Shown piece after piece: positions 19,666 to 29,897 of a stretch of 64,000 nucleotides of DNA; positions within the stretch are counted from its first letter, which is position 1, and the number at the start of each line of letters is the position of its first letter. The position numbers and the translations under genes are program-made. The DNA is from an uncultured bacterium (GTDB taxonomy: Bacteria > Patescibacteriota > JAHJAL01). The stretch lies in contig CALKWM010000013.1 of the NCBI GenBank assembly GCA_938004065.1, positions 2,457-66,456 on the forward strand, written 5' to 3'. Below the pieces are notes generated by a model that had not been told where the DNA came from, searched no databases, and was given only the letters and a program-made list of their open reading frames with translations.

Positions 19666-20313
19666 TTAATAATAAAAGATAGGAATACCTAACTTGTTTA
19701 AAATCTTATAAGATTTTTTATGAATGTTTTTCTTATCATTTTTGTCATAAAAAACTGTTACGTCTTTTGGCTTGATATCTAAGGTGGAGATAGTGTTTGC
19801 GCATGTATTAATTGGTCTGAATACGGAAGCAACAAGGAAGTTGTTATTTTGTGGAGGAAACAAATTGGCCAATGAATAACTAACTTGAAAATCGAGGTTA
19901 TTCATCAGTTCAAAATCAATGTAGATCAATCGTCTGGTGGCGGTTTTTTTTTCAATATTTGTTGTGTAAGGAGGTAGATTTTCAAAATTATTTCTATAAA
20001 ATGGACCACCCAATTCTTTGTGGAATTTTAGGTTATCAATTGCATTGGAGACAATCTCGGTAGAGATTGTATTTGGAAAGGATAGATATATTAATCGTGG
20101 GCTGTATTCTATTATACTTATAAACAAATCCGTAGCTAATAAATCTTGGATTTGTTTATGGTATAGTAGATCGAAAAAAAGTGGCATGCTCCAGATCAAG
20201 ATATTGTGATCGGGGTGTTTGTCTTTGACCTGAAGATATGTTTTTCTAATAATATCAGACGAATTAGTTGCCAGGTCAAAGTGGAATATTATTAAAATAT
20301 TTCTCCATGTCAT
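19666..20313 (-). CDS. Hypothetical protein
   Basis: 215-aa AT-rich ORF with AAGGAAG SD-like site; no recognised motif. Confidence 0.6.
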   Translation of the reverse strand: MTWRNILIIFHFDLATNSSDIIRKTYLQVKDKHPDHNILIWSMPLFFDLLYHKQIQDLLATDLFISIIEYSPRLIYLSFPNTISTEIVSNAIDNLKFHKELGGPFYRNNFENLPPYTTNIEKKTATRRLIYIDFELMNNLDFQVSYSLANLFPPQNNNFLVASVFRPINTCANTISTLDIKPKDVTVFYDKNDKKNIHKKSYKILNKLGIPIFYY

Positions 20314-20465
20314 TTATATTCTTCCTTTCTTTTTAAAATACTATCAGGATTGTATGCTATTTTTGGGGTTTTTGGCAAGAGTTTTTTTAAGAAATTAACA
20401 CTTTTTTAAAGTTTTTTAAATAATGATAAGATATAGGTGTAGATAAAGAATTCAAGGAGGAAAAA

Positions 20466-21971
20466 ATGAAATTGTCAATTTTTTGTGAGGAATTTTCAGA
20501 TTTGAAGGCGGATGCGGTGGTGATTTTCAATGAAAAGGGACGGGTAGCTTTACGGGGAATGGATAATGAGGTAAATAAAAGTTTGGATGGTTTTTTGAGC
20601 GAAATTCTCGAATCCGGAGAGTTTTCCAGTTGCCAAGATCAATTTCATTATTTTTATAGTTTTGATAAGATTAAAAAAATTCCCCGAGTGGCAATGGCGG
20701 GATATAGTCTGGATGGAGAAAAAACATTGAATCCTTTGCGGTCGGCGGCGGCAGTGGCGGTCAAGAAATTACGCGAGGTGGGTTTGAAAAAAATTGCTTT
20801 GATTATGCCCAATGTCAGAAGTTGGGAAATGGCGGAAAGTACTCGAGCGATTGTGGAGGGGGTATTGTTGGGATTGTATCGTTTTGATAAATATTTGGAG
20901 AATAGAAAGAAAAACGAAATTTCCGAAATACTTTTGGTGGGAGAAACCAAAGATAAAAGGACGTTTGAAAAAGCGATATTGTTGGGAGAGATGGAGTCCA
21001 GTGGGGTGATGTTGTCGCGAGATGTGGGAAATGAACCGAGCAATGTTTTAACTCCTCGCGGATTTGCGGTGGTGGCGGAAAGAGTGATGAAAAATTTGAA
21101 AGTCGGTTGTCGGGTTTTGGATGAAGGGGAAATCAAGAAGCAAGGATTGGGATTGCTTTATGGCGTTGGCAAAGGTAGTGATGAACCGCCAAGGTTGGTG
21201 GTGGTAAACTATCATGCTGGGAAAAAATATCCGACAGTGGCGTTGGTGGGGAAAGGAATAACTTTTGATAGTGGCGGGACCAGTTTAAAAGTGGGTGATG
21301 CGGCCGGGCCGATGTTGTTTGATATGAAGAGAGATATGGCGGGTGCCGGTGCGGTTTTGGGAACTATGAGTGTGATTGCCAAGCTAAAACCAAAGTTAAA
21401 TGTGGTTGGTGTTTTGCCACTTGCGGAAAATATGCTGAGTGGCCGGGCGTATAAACCGGGTGATATATTGGTGAGTTATAGCGGTAAAACGGTGGAGGTT
21501 TTCAATACCGATGCGGAAGGAAGATTGGTGATGGCGGATGCGATGAGTTATGCTCAGGAAAACTATAAACCGGATTTTTTGATAGATATTGCAACTTTGA
21601 CGGGGGCGGTGTTGCGGGCGGCCGGACCAAGTTTGATCGGTTTGTTTGGTAATGATAATCGGTTTTTGGAGAGGGCTAGAAAGGCGGCGCTGATATCAGG
21701 AGAAGAGACAATGGATTTTCCTTTGTACGAAGGTTATCGTAGTCGAGTCAAGTCGCATTTTGCCGATGTAAAAAATCTAAGTTACAAAGGTTCGGGGGCG
21801 ATCAATAGTGCCTTGTTTTTGAATGAATTTGTTGAAGAGGGAGTGAAATGGGTGCATTTTGATATGGCAGCGGTGGGTACACAGGTTGGTGATGGAACTT
21901 ATCTAACCAGGGGTGCGACCGGTGCGGGAGTGAGATTGTTGACGCATTTACTGTTAGGGATGGCGAAATAA
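20466..21971 (+). CDS. pepA: Leucyl aminopeptidase (M17)
   Basis: VGKGITFDSGG, MKRDMAGAG, NTDAEGRL, DIATLTGA; AAGGAGG SD. Confidence 0.96.
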   Translation: MKLSIFCEEFSDLKADAVVIFNEKGRVALRGMDNEVNKSLDGFLSEILESGEFSSCQDQFHYFYSFDKIKKIPRVAMAGYSLDGEKTLNPLRSAAAVAVKKLREVGLKKIALIMPNVRSWEMAESTRAIVEGVLLGLYRFDKYLENRKKNEISEILLVGETKDKRTFEKAILLGEMESSGVMLSRDVGNEPSNVLTPRGFAVVAERVMKNLKVGCRVLDEGEIKKQGLGLLYGVGKGSDEPPRLVVVNYHAGKKYPTVALVGKGITFDSGGTSLKVGDAAGPMLFDMKRDMAGAGAVLGTMSVIAKLKPKLNVVGVLPLAENMLSGRAYKPGDILVSYSGKTVEVFNTDAEGRLVMADAMSYAQENYKPDFLIDIATLTGAVLRAAGPSLIGLFGNDNRFLERARKAALISGEETMDFPLYEGYRSRVKSHFADVKNLSYKGSGAINSALFLNEFVEEGVKWVHFDMAAVGTQVGDGTYLTRGATGAGVRLLTHLLLGMAK

Positions 21972-21994
21972 GAAGTAAGAAGTAAGAAGTAAGA
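21967..21994. repeat. AGTAAGA heptamer tract at the pepA stop
   Basis: AATAAGA AGTAAGA AGTAAGA AGTAAGA. Confidence 0.85.
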
Positions 21995-22074
21995 GATGAA
22001 GGCCGGTTCTTATAGAGGGTCTGTGTGGAGAAAGTATTGTATAATGGAGTTATAATTATTAATAAAATTAAATA

Positions 22075-23121
22075 ATGAGTGAAAAAATTGTGTCGGAGCG
22101 GGTAGTAAGCTCCAAGAAAGTTACCAAACAGGGTTATGTGCAGGAAAAGTGGGGGAATTTGATGGATTCCTTGAGTGCGTTTTGTATGGCGCCGGTATTG
22201 ATTGTGGTGGCAATCGGTTTGTTGTTTTATAGTGAAGGTTTTTACAAAAGTTCGGAGGTGTTGAAGAGTTTGTCTCTGGAACAGGCCAGTGATGTTGCGG
22301 GAGAGTCGGGTTTAAAGATGATAACCGGAGAGGTGTCGGTGGAGCAGAAATTGGAAGCACCGGAATTGGGTGAGGTGTTGTATTATGATTTGGTAAAAGA
22401 AGAATTCAAAGAAGTTGAAGAAACGGATTATGAGACTCGAACCAGAATAGAAAATGGTGAAGAAATTGAAGAAAAGGTGGAGACAACCAAATTGGTTGAT
22501 AAATGGGTGGCACAGGAAGAGCAAAAAGGAAAGTGGGCGGATTTTAGTTTAGGTCAGATCGATATTGACCCAAAGAATGCCGAGCTTAGAATTGATTTTA
22601 AAAAGAAAACATATTTGGAAAATATCTTTGGCGAATTGGAGGAAAGTTCCATCTCTGACCCCGAGCTGGGTGATATTCGAGTGGTGATAAATTATTTGCC
22701 CGTGGATAATGATTTGATTGTGGTGGGTGAGTTGAAAAACGACAAGATTGAGGGAGGAGTTGAATTTATCGTAACCAATAAAACAGCAGAAGGGTTGCTC
22801 GGAGATGTCCAAAATGAAGAAAATTTCTGGTATTGGTTTTTGAAATTTTTGATATGGTTGTTGTTTACGATAGGTATGACTTCGATTGTGGGGCCGATTT
22901 TGGCGCTACTTGATTTCATTCCACTGGTGGGGTCGGCGGCCAAGACGGTGGCTGGTATCATATCGGCAGTTATTGCTTTGGTGATTGTGTTGATAGCTAC
23001 TATACTTATTAAATTTTGGTGGTTATTTTTGATTGTAGTTTTATTGGCGGTAGTGGGAATGATATTATTACTCTTGTATTTATGGAAAAAGTTGGCATCA
23101 AAAAAAGAAATTAAGAATTAA
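22075..23121 (+). CDS. TMEM43/DUF1625-like membrane protein
   Basis: N-terminal TM followed by LLFYSEG, soluble domain with PELGDIRV, three C-terminal TMs including LDFIPLVG. Confidence 0.65.
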   Translation: MSEKIVSERVVSSKKVTKQGYVQEKWGNLMDSLSAFCMAPVLIVVAIGLLFYSEGFYKSSEVLKSLSLEQASDVAGESGLKMITGEVSVEQKLEAPELGEVLYYDLVKEEFKEVEETDYETRTRIENGEEIEEKVETTKLVDKWVAQEEQKGKWADFSLGQIDIDPKNAELRIDFKKKTYLENIFGELEESSISDPELGDIRVVINYLPVDNDLIVVGELKNDKIEGGVEFIVTNKTAEGLLGDVQNEENFWYWFLKFLIWLLFTIGMTSIVGPILALLDFIPLVGSAAKTVAGIISAVIALVIVLIATILIKFWWLFLIVVLLAVVGMILLLLYLWKKLASKKEIKN

Positions 23122-23140
23122 TAGATAAGGTTATAATAAA

Positions 23141-23173
23141 CAAAGAGGAGACATGTAAATTGTCGCCTCTTTG
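23141..23173. terminator. Hairpin between convergent genes
   Basis: CAAAGAGG.GACA...TGTC.CCTCTTTG. Confidence 0.55.
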
Positions 23174-23198
23174 TTGTGTGTCGTAAATTTTTTGGTGG

Positions 23199-24713
23199 TT
23201 ATGCTTGGTTTTGAACCATTTGGTCGATGTAGGGACCAACCGAGATGTGGTGTTCCAACTCCAATTCTTTTTTGAGCTTGTTGATTTCAGGGATGTTTTT
23301 TTCATCGTCGGTAATGAATTCGATGTAGTATCCCAGTTTGTCAACATAGTCGATGATCAGGATAACACCGTTTTTTTGAAAAGTAACTCTTTTCTTTTTG
23401 ATAGTGGCCAGGGTTTTAAATCCGGAAAGTTCGAAGTCCTGTAATAATTCTTTGGCATTGTGGTAATGTGTGCCAAATTCTTCTTTTTTGACCAGTGTTT
23501 CAGCCGGTCGGATAATCTTGTTTTTGGTGTTTAAAAAGCGAGGTCCTTTGTAAACCAGGTCGATTTGGCCTTTTTCTTCTCTGATTCGCAGAATGTATTT
23601 TTGATAGTCTTCACTATCGGGAGAAGCTAGCGTGTCGTCTGCCATATAGTAGTCTGTCTGGTTAGTTTTGTCGATCATTTGATAACCTTTCTGATCGATT
23701 ATTTTTCGCCAGACGTTCGGTAGTTCATTTTTGCTGATTTTGATTTTATCTTGGACTTCGCAGTAGCTGGTGTTGACCGCTTCGGGCAGGGTGTGGGGAT
23801 TTTCGCAGATGGAGCCGGCATTTTTTCTGGTGGGCAAGATGTGTTTTTGGGCGGCAGGCATAACTATTCTCAAGTTTATCATCAGGGCTGTTTCAGGTGT
23901 AAAGCTGGAACGGGCATTTGGTCCAACCACATCTCTAAATAATCTTCGAAGCAGGAGATGGGCTTTGTTGGGAACTTCGATGAAGGATTTGATGTCAGCG
24001 TGATTGGCTATTTTTTCGTTGAGGGCGTAGATTCCTTCCATGATGATGATATCGTAATCAGTGGGGTCGATTTCCTGATCTTCGGTAGGTTCGGAGAATT
24101 TCATGTTGTAGTTGGGTAGGTTGGTTTTTTGGCCGGATTTGATGTCGGTCAGGATGCTATCAATTTGATCCAGATTTATCGCATCAGGTGTGTCAAAATC
24201 TATTCGGGAGAATTCTCTATGGATGTTTTGGTTGAGATCGGACATGGAATCGATGGGGAAGTTGTGTTTTGTAATTAAAAATTGACCGATTGCGGATATG
24301 TTTTCCTCGGAAAATTTTTGATCGAAAGGATGGTTTTTTATGATTTCTCTAACTTGCTGATTTATGATCGGATAATCTGCTGGTGGGATAAATGGGTAGT
24401 TGGGCAGTACTTTTTCCATGATCATTTGTGATATACCTTTGTAAAACAAGTCGGTGGAAAAATTCAGTACTTTTTTGTTTTTTGTCGATAAGCTTTTGGT
24501 TAGGCGTTGGGTAGCTTCTCCTTTGCCTCCGCAAGAAGGTCCGGCCAGAGCGATAATTACCGGTTTTTTGTTTTCTGATAAATGCAAAACTTCTGTGGTG
24601 GTGTGATCGGTCCAGTGGTCGATATTGCCTACAAAGGAAAATTTTTCGAGTGGTTTTTCCGGTATTTCGTCAGTTAGAAAATGCAGATCATGATCGATAT
24701 TGTTGCTAAGCAT
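23199..24713 (-). CDS. Uridine-kinase-like P-loop domain fused to a CYTH (class IV adenylate cyclase/triphosphatase) domain
   Basis: IALAGPSCGGKG, STDLFY, DFDTPDAI, IIMEGIYAL, RRLFRD; CYTH: EVQDK, QTDYY, LRIRE, YKGP, KKRVTF, DYVDKLGYYIE. Confidence 0.8.
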   Translation of the reverse strand: MLSNNIDHDLHFLTDEIPEKPLEKFSFVGNIDHWTDHTTTEVLHLSENKKPVIIALAGPSCGGKGEATQRLTKSLSTKNKKVLNFSTDLFYKGISQMIMEKVLPNYPFIPPADYPIINQQVREIIKNHPFDQKFSEENISAIGQFLITKHNFPIDSMSDLNQNIHREFSRIDFDTPDAINLDQIDSILTDIKSGQKTNLPNYNMKFSEPTEDQEIDPTDYDIIIMEGIYALNEKIANHADIKSFIEVPNKAHLLLRRLFRDVVGPNARSSFTPETALMINLRIVMPAAQKHILPTRKNAGSICENPHTLPEAVNTSYCEVQDKIKISKNELPNVWRKIIDQKGYQMIDKTNQTDYYMADDTLASPDSEDYQKYILRIREEKGQIDLVYKGPRFLNTKNKIIRPAETLVKKEEFGTHYHNAKELLQDFELSGFKTLATIKKKRVTFQKNGVILIIDYVDKLGYYIEFITDDEKNIPEINKLKKELELEHHISVGPYIDQMVQNQA

Positions 24714-24760
24714 AATGTCCTTTTGTAAAAATAAATAAATTTTTTACATAGAAATATATA

Positions 24761-24792
24761 AAAAAACTGGAGATCATTGCGATCTCCAGTTT
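24761..24792 (-). terminator. Intrinsic terminator after glmS
   Basis: AAACTGGAGATC...GATCTCCAGTTT with a U-tract on the minus strand. Confidence 0.7.
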
Positions 24793-24958
24793 GGATTGCT
24801 TGGAAAAATTTTCTAAAATTGTGGGAAAATTTTTGGGGCATGGTTATGGCTGTGATTTTTCTGCTATGTGTATATTATCAAATGTTGTATGAAATGTCAA
24901 TATTTATTTTACAATCACCTTTTTATGGGGAAAAAATATGTGGATGTTGTTTTAAAAA

Positions 24959-26785
24959 TTATTCAACGGTAACGCTTTTGGCGAGGTTGCGGGGTTTGTC
25001 GACATCGAGATTTTTCATCACTCCCAGATAGTAGGCAAGAAATTGAAAGGGAATAACTGATAGGATAGGTGTAAGCATTTCCAGTGTTTTGGGTATGAAG
25101 ATGATATCGTCGGCGATTTGGGAAAGATTTTTATTGCCTTGAGTAGTAATGGCAATTATTTCGCCACCGCGGGCTTTGATTTCTTCCATTCCGGAGATAT
25201 TTTTTTCATAGACACTGTCTTTGGGGGCAATAAAAATAGCCGGGAAATTTTTATCGATAAGGGCGATTGGACCGTGTTTCATTTCGCCGGAAGGGTATCC
25301 TTCGGCGTGGATATAGGAAATTTCTTTGATTTTGAGGGCGCCTTCAAGAGCAATAGGAAAGTTGTATTTGCGACCCATACAGAGAAAATTGTGGCATGAG
25401 AAGTATTTCTTGGCAATTTTTTTGATATTGTCTTTTTGGGTCAAGGTTTTTTGTACTAAGTTTGGGATATGTGACAATTCAGTAATAATTCTTTTACCCA
25501 TGGTTAAAGACATGTCTCTTTGTCGTCCCAATATAACAGTTAGTAGTGCGAGTACGGTCAGTTGCGAAGTAAATGCTTTGGTTGAGGCAACACCGATTTC
25601 CGGTCCGGAGTGATTGTAAACCCCGGCGTCTGTTTCGCGAGCGATAGTGGCCCCGACAACGTTGACAATTCCGAGAGTTAGAGCATTTTTAAGCTTGGCT
25701 TCCTTGATGGCGGCGAGAGTGTCGGCAGTTTCTCCGGATTGGGAGATAGCCAGGACGGCTACAGTGTGGTCGAGGTGAGTTTTTCGGTATCGAAATTCAG
25801 AAGCGTATTCGACAGCAGTGTCGATACCGGCGTATTCTTCGAACATGTATTTGCCAACCAAACCGGCATAATATGATGTACCGCAAGAAATAATAATTAT
25901 TTTTTTGATATTTTTTAAGTTGGGCAAAATGTCATTTATTCCTCCCAATTTAGCCAATCCTTCTTTGATGTCGAGACGGCCACGCATGGTGTCGAGAAGT
26001 GAATGCGGTTGTTCCATAATTTCTTTGAGCATAAAGTGTTTGTATCCCTGTTTTTCAGCAGTATCCAGATCCCAATCCACCTGACTGATATTTTTGTCGA
26101 TGAGTTGATTGTTGATGTTGATAATTTCATATCCGTTTTTATTGAGGATAAGAATTTCTCCATCATCGAGGTAAATGATATTTTTGGTGTATTTAATGAT
26201 GGCTGAAATGTCGGATGCGATAAAATACTCATTGTTGCCGATGCCCAGGATAAGTGGACTGCCTTGTTTGGCAGCGATGAGTTGATCTTGTTCGTCTTGA
26301 TTTAGTATGACCAATCCGTATGTTCCTTTGAGTTGTTTGATGGTTTTGAGGACGGAGTTTTTGAAATTATTTTTTTTGAGGTTTTCTTCAATCAAATGGG
26401 CGATTACTTCGCTATCCGTTTGCGATACAAATTGATGATTTTTTTGAAGTTTGGTGGAAAGTTTTTGATAGTTTTCGATGATGCCGTTGTGGACGATATG
26501 AATTTTACCGGTGCAATCATAATGAGGGTGTGAATTGATTGTCGATGGTTTGCCGTGAGTGGCCCATCTGGTATGAGCAAGGCCGATATTGGTTTTGATG
26601 TGATGTTTTTTTAGTTTTGATTCGAGTGCGGAAATTTTGCCAACCGCTTTGTGACAAACTGCTTTTTTGTTTTCAATTACGGTCAGTCCACAGCTGTCGT
26701 ATCCCCGGTATTCCAGATGGTGTAGTCCGGTTAAAAGGATAGGTATTGCGTTTTTTTGGCCAAGGTAGGCAATGATACCGCACAT
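24959..26785 (-). CDS. glmS: Glutamine--fructose-6-phosphate aminotransferase
   Basis: True start MCGII (Ntn catalytic Cys) at 26785; HTRWATHG, SQSGETADT, EMKHGP, PRNLAKSVTVE. Confidence 0.99.
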   Translation of the reverse strand: MCGIIAYLGQKNAIPILLTGLHHLEYRGYDSCGLTVIENKKAVCHKAVGKISALESKLKKHHIKTNIGLAHTRWATHGKPSTINSHPHYDCTGKIHIVHNGIIENYQKLSTKLQKNHQFVSQTDSEVIAHLIEENLKKNNFKNSVLKTIKQLKGTYGLVILNQDEQDQLIAAKQGSPLILGIGNNEYFIASDISAIIKYTKNIIYLDDGEILILNKNGYEIININNQLIDKNISQVDWDLDTAEKQGYKHFMLKEIMEQPHSLLDTMRGRLDIKEGLAKLGGINDILPNLKNIKKIIIISCGTSYYAGLVGKYMFEEYAGIDTAVEYASEFRYRKTHLDHTVAVLAISQSGETADTLAAIKEAKLKNALTLGIVNVVGATIARETDAGVYNHSGPEIGVASTKAFTSQLTVLALLTVILGRQRDMSLTMGKRIITELSHIPNLVQKTLTQKDNIKKIAKKYFSCHNFLCMGRKYNFPIALEGALKIKEISYIHAEGYPSGEMKHGPIALIDKNFPAIFIAPKDSVYEKNISGMEEIKARGGEIIAITTQGNKNLSQIADDIIFIPKTLEMLTPILSVIPFQFLAYYLGVMKNLDVDKPRNLAKSVTVE

Positions 26786-26788
26786 TTG

Positions 26789-26851
26789 ATAAGAAGTAAG
26801 AAATAAGAAGTAAGAAGTAAGAAATAAGAAGTAAAAAGAAACAATATGCAA
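26789..26851. repeat. Heptamer tract filling the murE-glmS spacer
   Basis: AGTAAGA/AATAAGA units ending in ACAATATGCAA. Confidence 0.9.
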
Positions 26852-26857
26852 ATAATC

Positions 26858-28195
26858 TCAGTGTTTGATAAGTATTTCTTTTAATAATTCCTCTATAATT
26901 TCTTTTTCGTTCCAAGGGATTTTTTTGTCCGGATACATCATAATGGTTTCGGCTCCTTTGCCGGTGATGACGACGATATCACCTTTTTTAGCCAGTTTCA
27001 GAGCTTTCGAAATTGCTTCCTTGCGATCTTTGATGATATATAAATCTTTATTCATGGTTTTGCCGGCTTTAATTAATCCAGGTTTGATCATATTGATGAT
27101 GTCGATAGGTTTTTCGGTCCAAGAGTCTTCGTGGGTCAAGATGGCGATATCGGCATATGTGCCGACGATTTCTCCCATGATTGGTCTTTTGCCTTGATCA
27201 CGATCGCCGCATGAGCCAAAAACGGCAATAATTTTTTGTTTGGCGATGGGTTTGATAGTGTCTTTGTATAGTTTTTCAAGAGAATCGGGAGTAAGGGCGT
27301 AATCGATATAAACGGTAAAATTTTGGCCGGCGTCGATTTTTTCCAATCTGCCCGGAATATTTTGAATTTTTTCGAGTGCGGTTTTAATCGTTGCGAGTTT
27401 GATTTTTTGAGAACGAGCTATACATGTTGCTAGTAGGGCATTTTGGATATTGAATCGGCCGGGGATTTGCAAACTGAATTTTTTAGAATAGTTGGGTGTA
27501 TTGATGGTAAATTTTGAACCATTGGTTTCAAGCTCAATATCTGAGGTATAAATAAAGATTGTTTGCGGGTGTTTTTTCAATTTTATGGCTGATTGTTTGG
27601 TTAAAGAATAACCATAGCTTTTGTGGCGGGTATATGTGATTAGTTTCCGCCAGGATGTGTCTTGGAGATTGAAGACGGATATTTTTTTAATGCCTTTTTT
27701 CTTTTTTGATTTTTTGAATGTTTGAAATAGTTTTAGTTTGGTGGCGGTGTATTCTTCCATAGTGTGGTGATAGTCCAGGTGTTCACGGGTAATATTGGTG
27801 ATGCCGACGATATCGTAATTGATTCCCCAGATGCGTTGTTGGCTGATAGCGTGTGAGGATGTTTCGATAATGGCATATTTGCATTTGGCCAAAACCATCC
27901 GGCGAAGTAGTGATTGTAATTGCCAGGCGGAGAGAGTGGTCATTTTTGTTTCATTGACCCATTCTTTTTTACCAATTTTAAAATTGATGGTAGTGGCTAG
28001 CCCGACTCGGTAGCCATCTTCTTGGAGTATTTTTGCAATCATATTGCAACTGGTTGTTTTACCGTTGGTGCCGGTGATGCCGATGACGGTTATTTTTTCC
28101 GATGGAAATCCGAAATAGTAAGCGGCGAAAATGGCTTTTAACTTGTGGTAGAACAGGATTAATGATTGGGGAATAAGTTTTTTTATGGTTGACAT
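26858..28195 (-). CDS. murE: UDP-MurNAc-tripeptide synthetase (MurE family)
   Basis: GITGTNGKTT, ETSSHA, TNITREHLDYH, IPGRLE, VFGSCGDRD, GKGAE; start set at MSTIKK. Confidence 0.9.
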   Translation of the reverse strand: MSTIKKLIPQSLILFYHKLKAIFAAYYFGFPSEKITVIGITGTNGKTTSCNMIAKILQEDGYRVGLATTINFKIGKKEWVNETKMTTLSAWQLQSLLRRMVLAKCKYAIIETSSHAISQQRIWGINYDIVGITNITREHLDYHHTMEEYTATKLKLFQTFKKSKKKKGIKKISVFNLQDTSWRKLITYTRHKSYGYSLTKQSAIKLKKHPQTIFIYTSDIELETNGSKFTINTPNYSKKFSLQIPGRFNIQNALLATCIARSQKIKLATIKTALEKIQNIPGRLEKIDAGQNFTVYIDYALTPDSLEKLYKDTIKPIAKQKIIAVFGSCGDRDQGKRPIMGEIVGTYADIAILTHEDSWTEKPIDIINMIKPGLIKAGKTMNKDLYIIKDRKEAISKALKLAKKGDIVVITGKGAETIMMYPDKKIPWNEKEIIEELLKEILIKH

Positions 28196-28350
28196 CGAAA
28201 AATAAATAAAAAAATTTGATTTATGCTTTTTGACAACAAAAAGTAACAAAAAATATTGAGAGAAAGTGTCGGATTATTTACGAAAAATTTAAAAAATTGG
28301 TTAAATATAAAGATAACAATTTATGAGTAGTGCTAATTAATTTTCTTATC

Positions 28351-28408
28351 TGTCATCCTCGAATCGAAAGTCCGCCGACTCGGCGGGCACTTCGATATCG
28401 GGGATCCA
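28351..28408 (+). repeat. REP-like palindrome (TGTCATCCTCGA...GGGGATCCA)
   Basis: Same ends as the element at 53789-53835 on the opposite strand; internal CCGCCGACTCGGCGG hairpin. Confidence 0.65.
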
Positions 28409-28662
28409 TACCATTTTATAAATTTTTATTTCTCCAGGGTGATCTATCCGTGTAATTTGAAATGTTTAGGTTACTGTGTTTATTAATTCAAAATATTTTT
28501 CTGATTTAAAATTTTTAAATTGATCAAATCCTTTCGAAATTAAAAATTTAAAAAATTGGGTTATAAAAAATGTAGTAGGTATAAGTAAGGAAAAATATGG
28601 TATAAAAATAAACCCACCTCATTATAGAGGTTTGGATCGGAAAGTGTAAAGAATAAAAAAAG

Positions 28663-29679
28663 TCAGCTCTGTTGGAGGAATTTGGCGGTTTTATAAACTG
28701 TGTGCCAAAAAGGGGAAATGGTTTTTTCCATATGGCCGGCGGTCGAGACTTCGATACCGCCAAAACCATTTTTGAAACGGGTGATACCGGCCCAGGGGTG
28801 ATTGGGTTTGGAACCGGGAGGAGCGATGCCACCAAAATCATAGAATCGGCATTTGTAATCGATAGCGTCTTGGATAGCTTGCCATTGCAGGGCGTAGGTT
28901 GGCATCAGATTGCGGTAGGTGTTGGATGAAGCCCCGTGTAAATAGGTAGCGATATGGCCAAAGTATGAGACCATAATGCTGGCAATTATTTTGTCTTTAT
29001 ACTGAGCGTGATAGAGAAATACTATGTTTTTCGGACCGAGGGTTTTGAGGATGTTTTGGTAGTGTCGTTTGTTATGAGGGCGGAAAGTATTGCGATCACA
29101 AGTTTTTAGTAGTAGTTCGAAAAAATAATCGACATCTTTGACATCAGATGTTTTGATGATTTTGATATGTTTTTTGTGGGCCAGACGAATATTGTATCTG
29201 GTTTTTTGTTTAAAATTTTTGAAAATTTCGTCTTTGGATTGCAAAAGATTTAATATTAGAGTGTCTTTTGGTTGAGTATAACGATTAGTGGCTACAAAAC
29301 CGTTTTCAGCCAAGCTATGATAGAGAGTGTGGCAGGTTTGATAAAATGGTTCGAAACGAATGAAAATAGTATTGGTTAGATCAATGAATTTTTTTATCTC
29401 ATGTAGTAATTTTTGTGTTGTGGCTTGGATTTCGGGAGGAGTGAGTTCTTTGCTAATCACCGGACCATAGGGGGCGTAGAAATAATTTTTGTTCATAGTT
29501 AAATCGTGTTTGATCAGGAGAACGGAAGATGTTATTTTGCCTTTTTCGGAAGTATATACAATATAGGTTTTTTGTTCTCCCAATTTTTCGATATTAAGCC
29601 AATATCCCGTTTGAGTAAGTGCCCGGGGGTTATTGTGAGCGATAAAATCATTAATTGTTTCCTTGGTGATGTGAGTCAT
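28663..29679 (-). CDS. FemABX family peptidoglycan interpeptide-bridge aminoacyltransferase
   Basis: YAPYGPV, IFIRFEP, KTRYNIRLA, YLHGAS, LQWQAIQDA, YDFGGI, GITRFKNGFGG. Confidence 0.9.
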   Translation of the reverse strand: MTHITKETINDFIAHNNPRALTQTGYWLNIEKLGEQKTYIVYTSEKGKITSSVLLIKHDLTMNKNYFYAPYGPVISKELTPPEIQATTQKLLHEIKKFIDLTNTIFIRFEPFYQTCHTLYHSLAENGFVATNRYTQPKDTLILNLLQSKDEIFKNFKQKTRYNIRLAHKKHIKIIKTSDVKDVDYFFELLLKTCDRNTFRPHNKRHYQNILKTLGPKNIVFLYHAQYKDKIIASIMVSYFGHIATYLHGASSNTYRNLMPTYALQWQAIQDAIDYKCRFYDFGGIAPPGSKPNHPWAGITRFKNGFGGIEVSTAGHMEKTISPFWHTVYKTAKFLQQS

Positions 29680-29897
29680 TTTTTTTGGATGGTCCTTAAT
29701 TTTTGCTTTCTAATGATATTATATAAGTATTGTGGGCCAATATCCAATATGTAAATTGGGAGCGGTATAATGGATAATGAGTAATTAATAATTTACAATT
29801 AGTAATTGGTAGAGAAAAAATTGTTTGCACCCTAGGCGATCTTGCATACGCGGGACGAGACATGCTTATAATGTATAAATTGTATTAAGTTATTGTT

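Noticed and set aside
26786-26851. 22-aa N-terminal extension of GlmS (similar extensions on PilB and the 53485 hydrolase)
   Set aside because: Derived from the repeat tract; GlmS needs Cys immediately after the initiator Met
26786-26857. glmS ribozyme upstream of glmS
   Set aside because: The 72-bp spacer is only heptamer repeat with no ribozyme core
26858-26860. Alternative genetic code (TGA=Gly) as in Gracilibacteria
   Set aside because: Long genes are intact under code 11 and TGA ends murE and other genes at expected positions
29826-29849. Possible inverted copy of the 39-bp element upstream of tsaD (TGCACCCTAGGCGA...GCATAC)
   Set aside because: Only partial similarity and the second hairpin is absent; too weak to count
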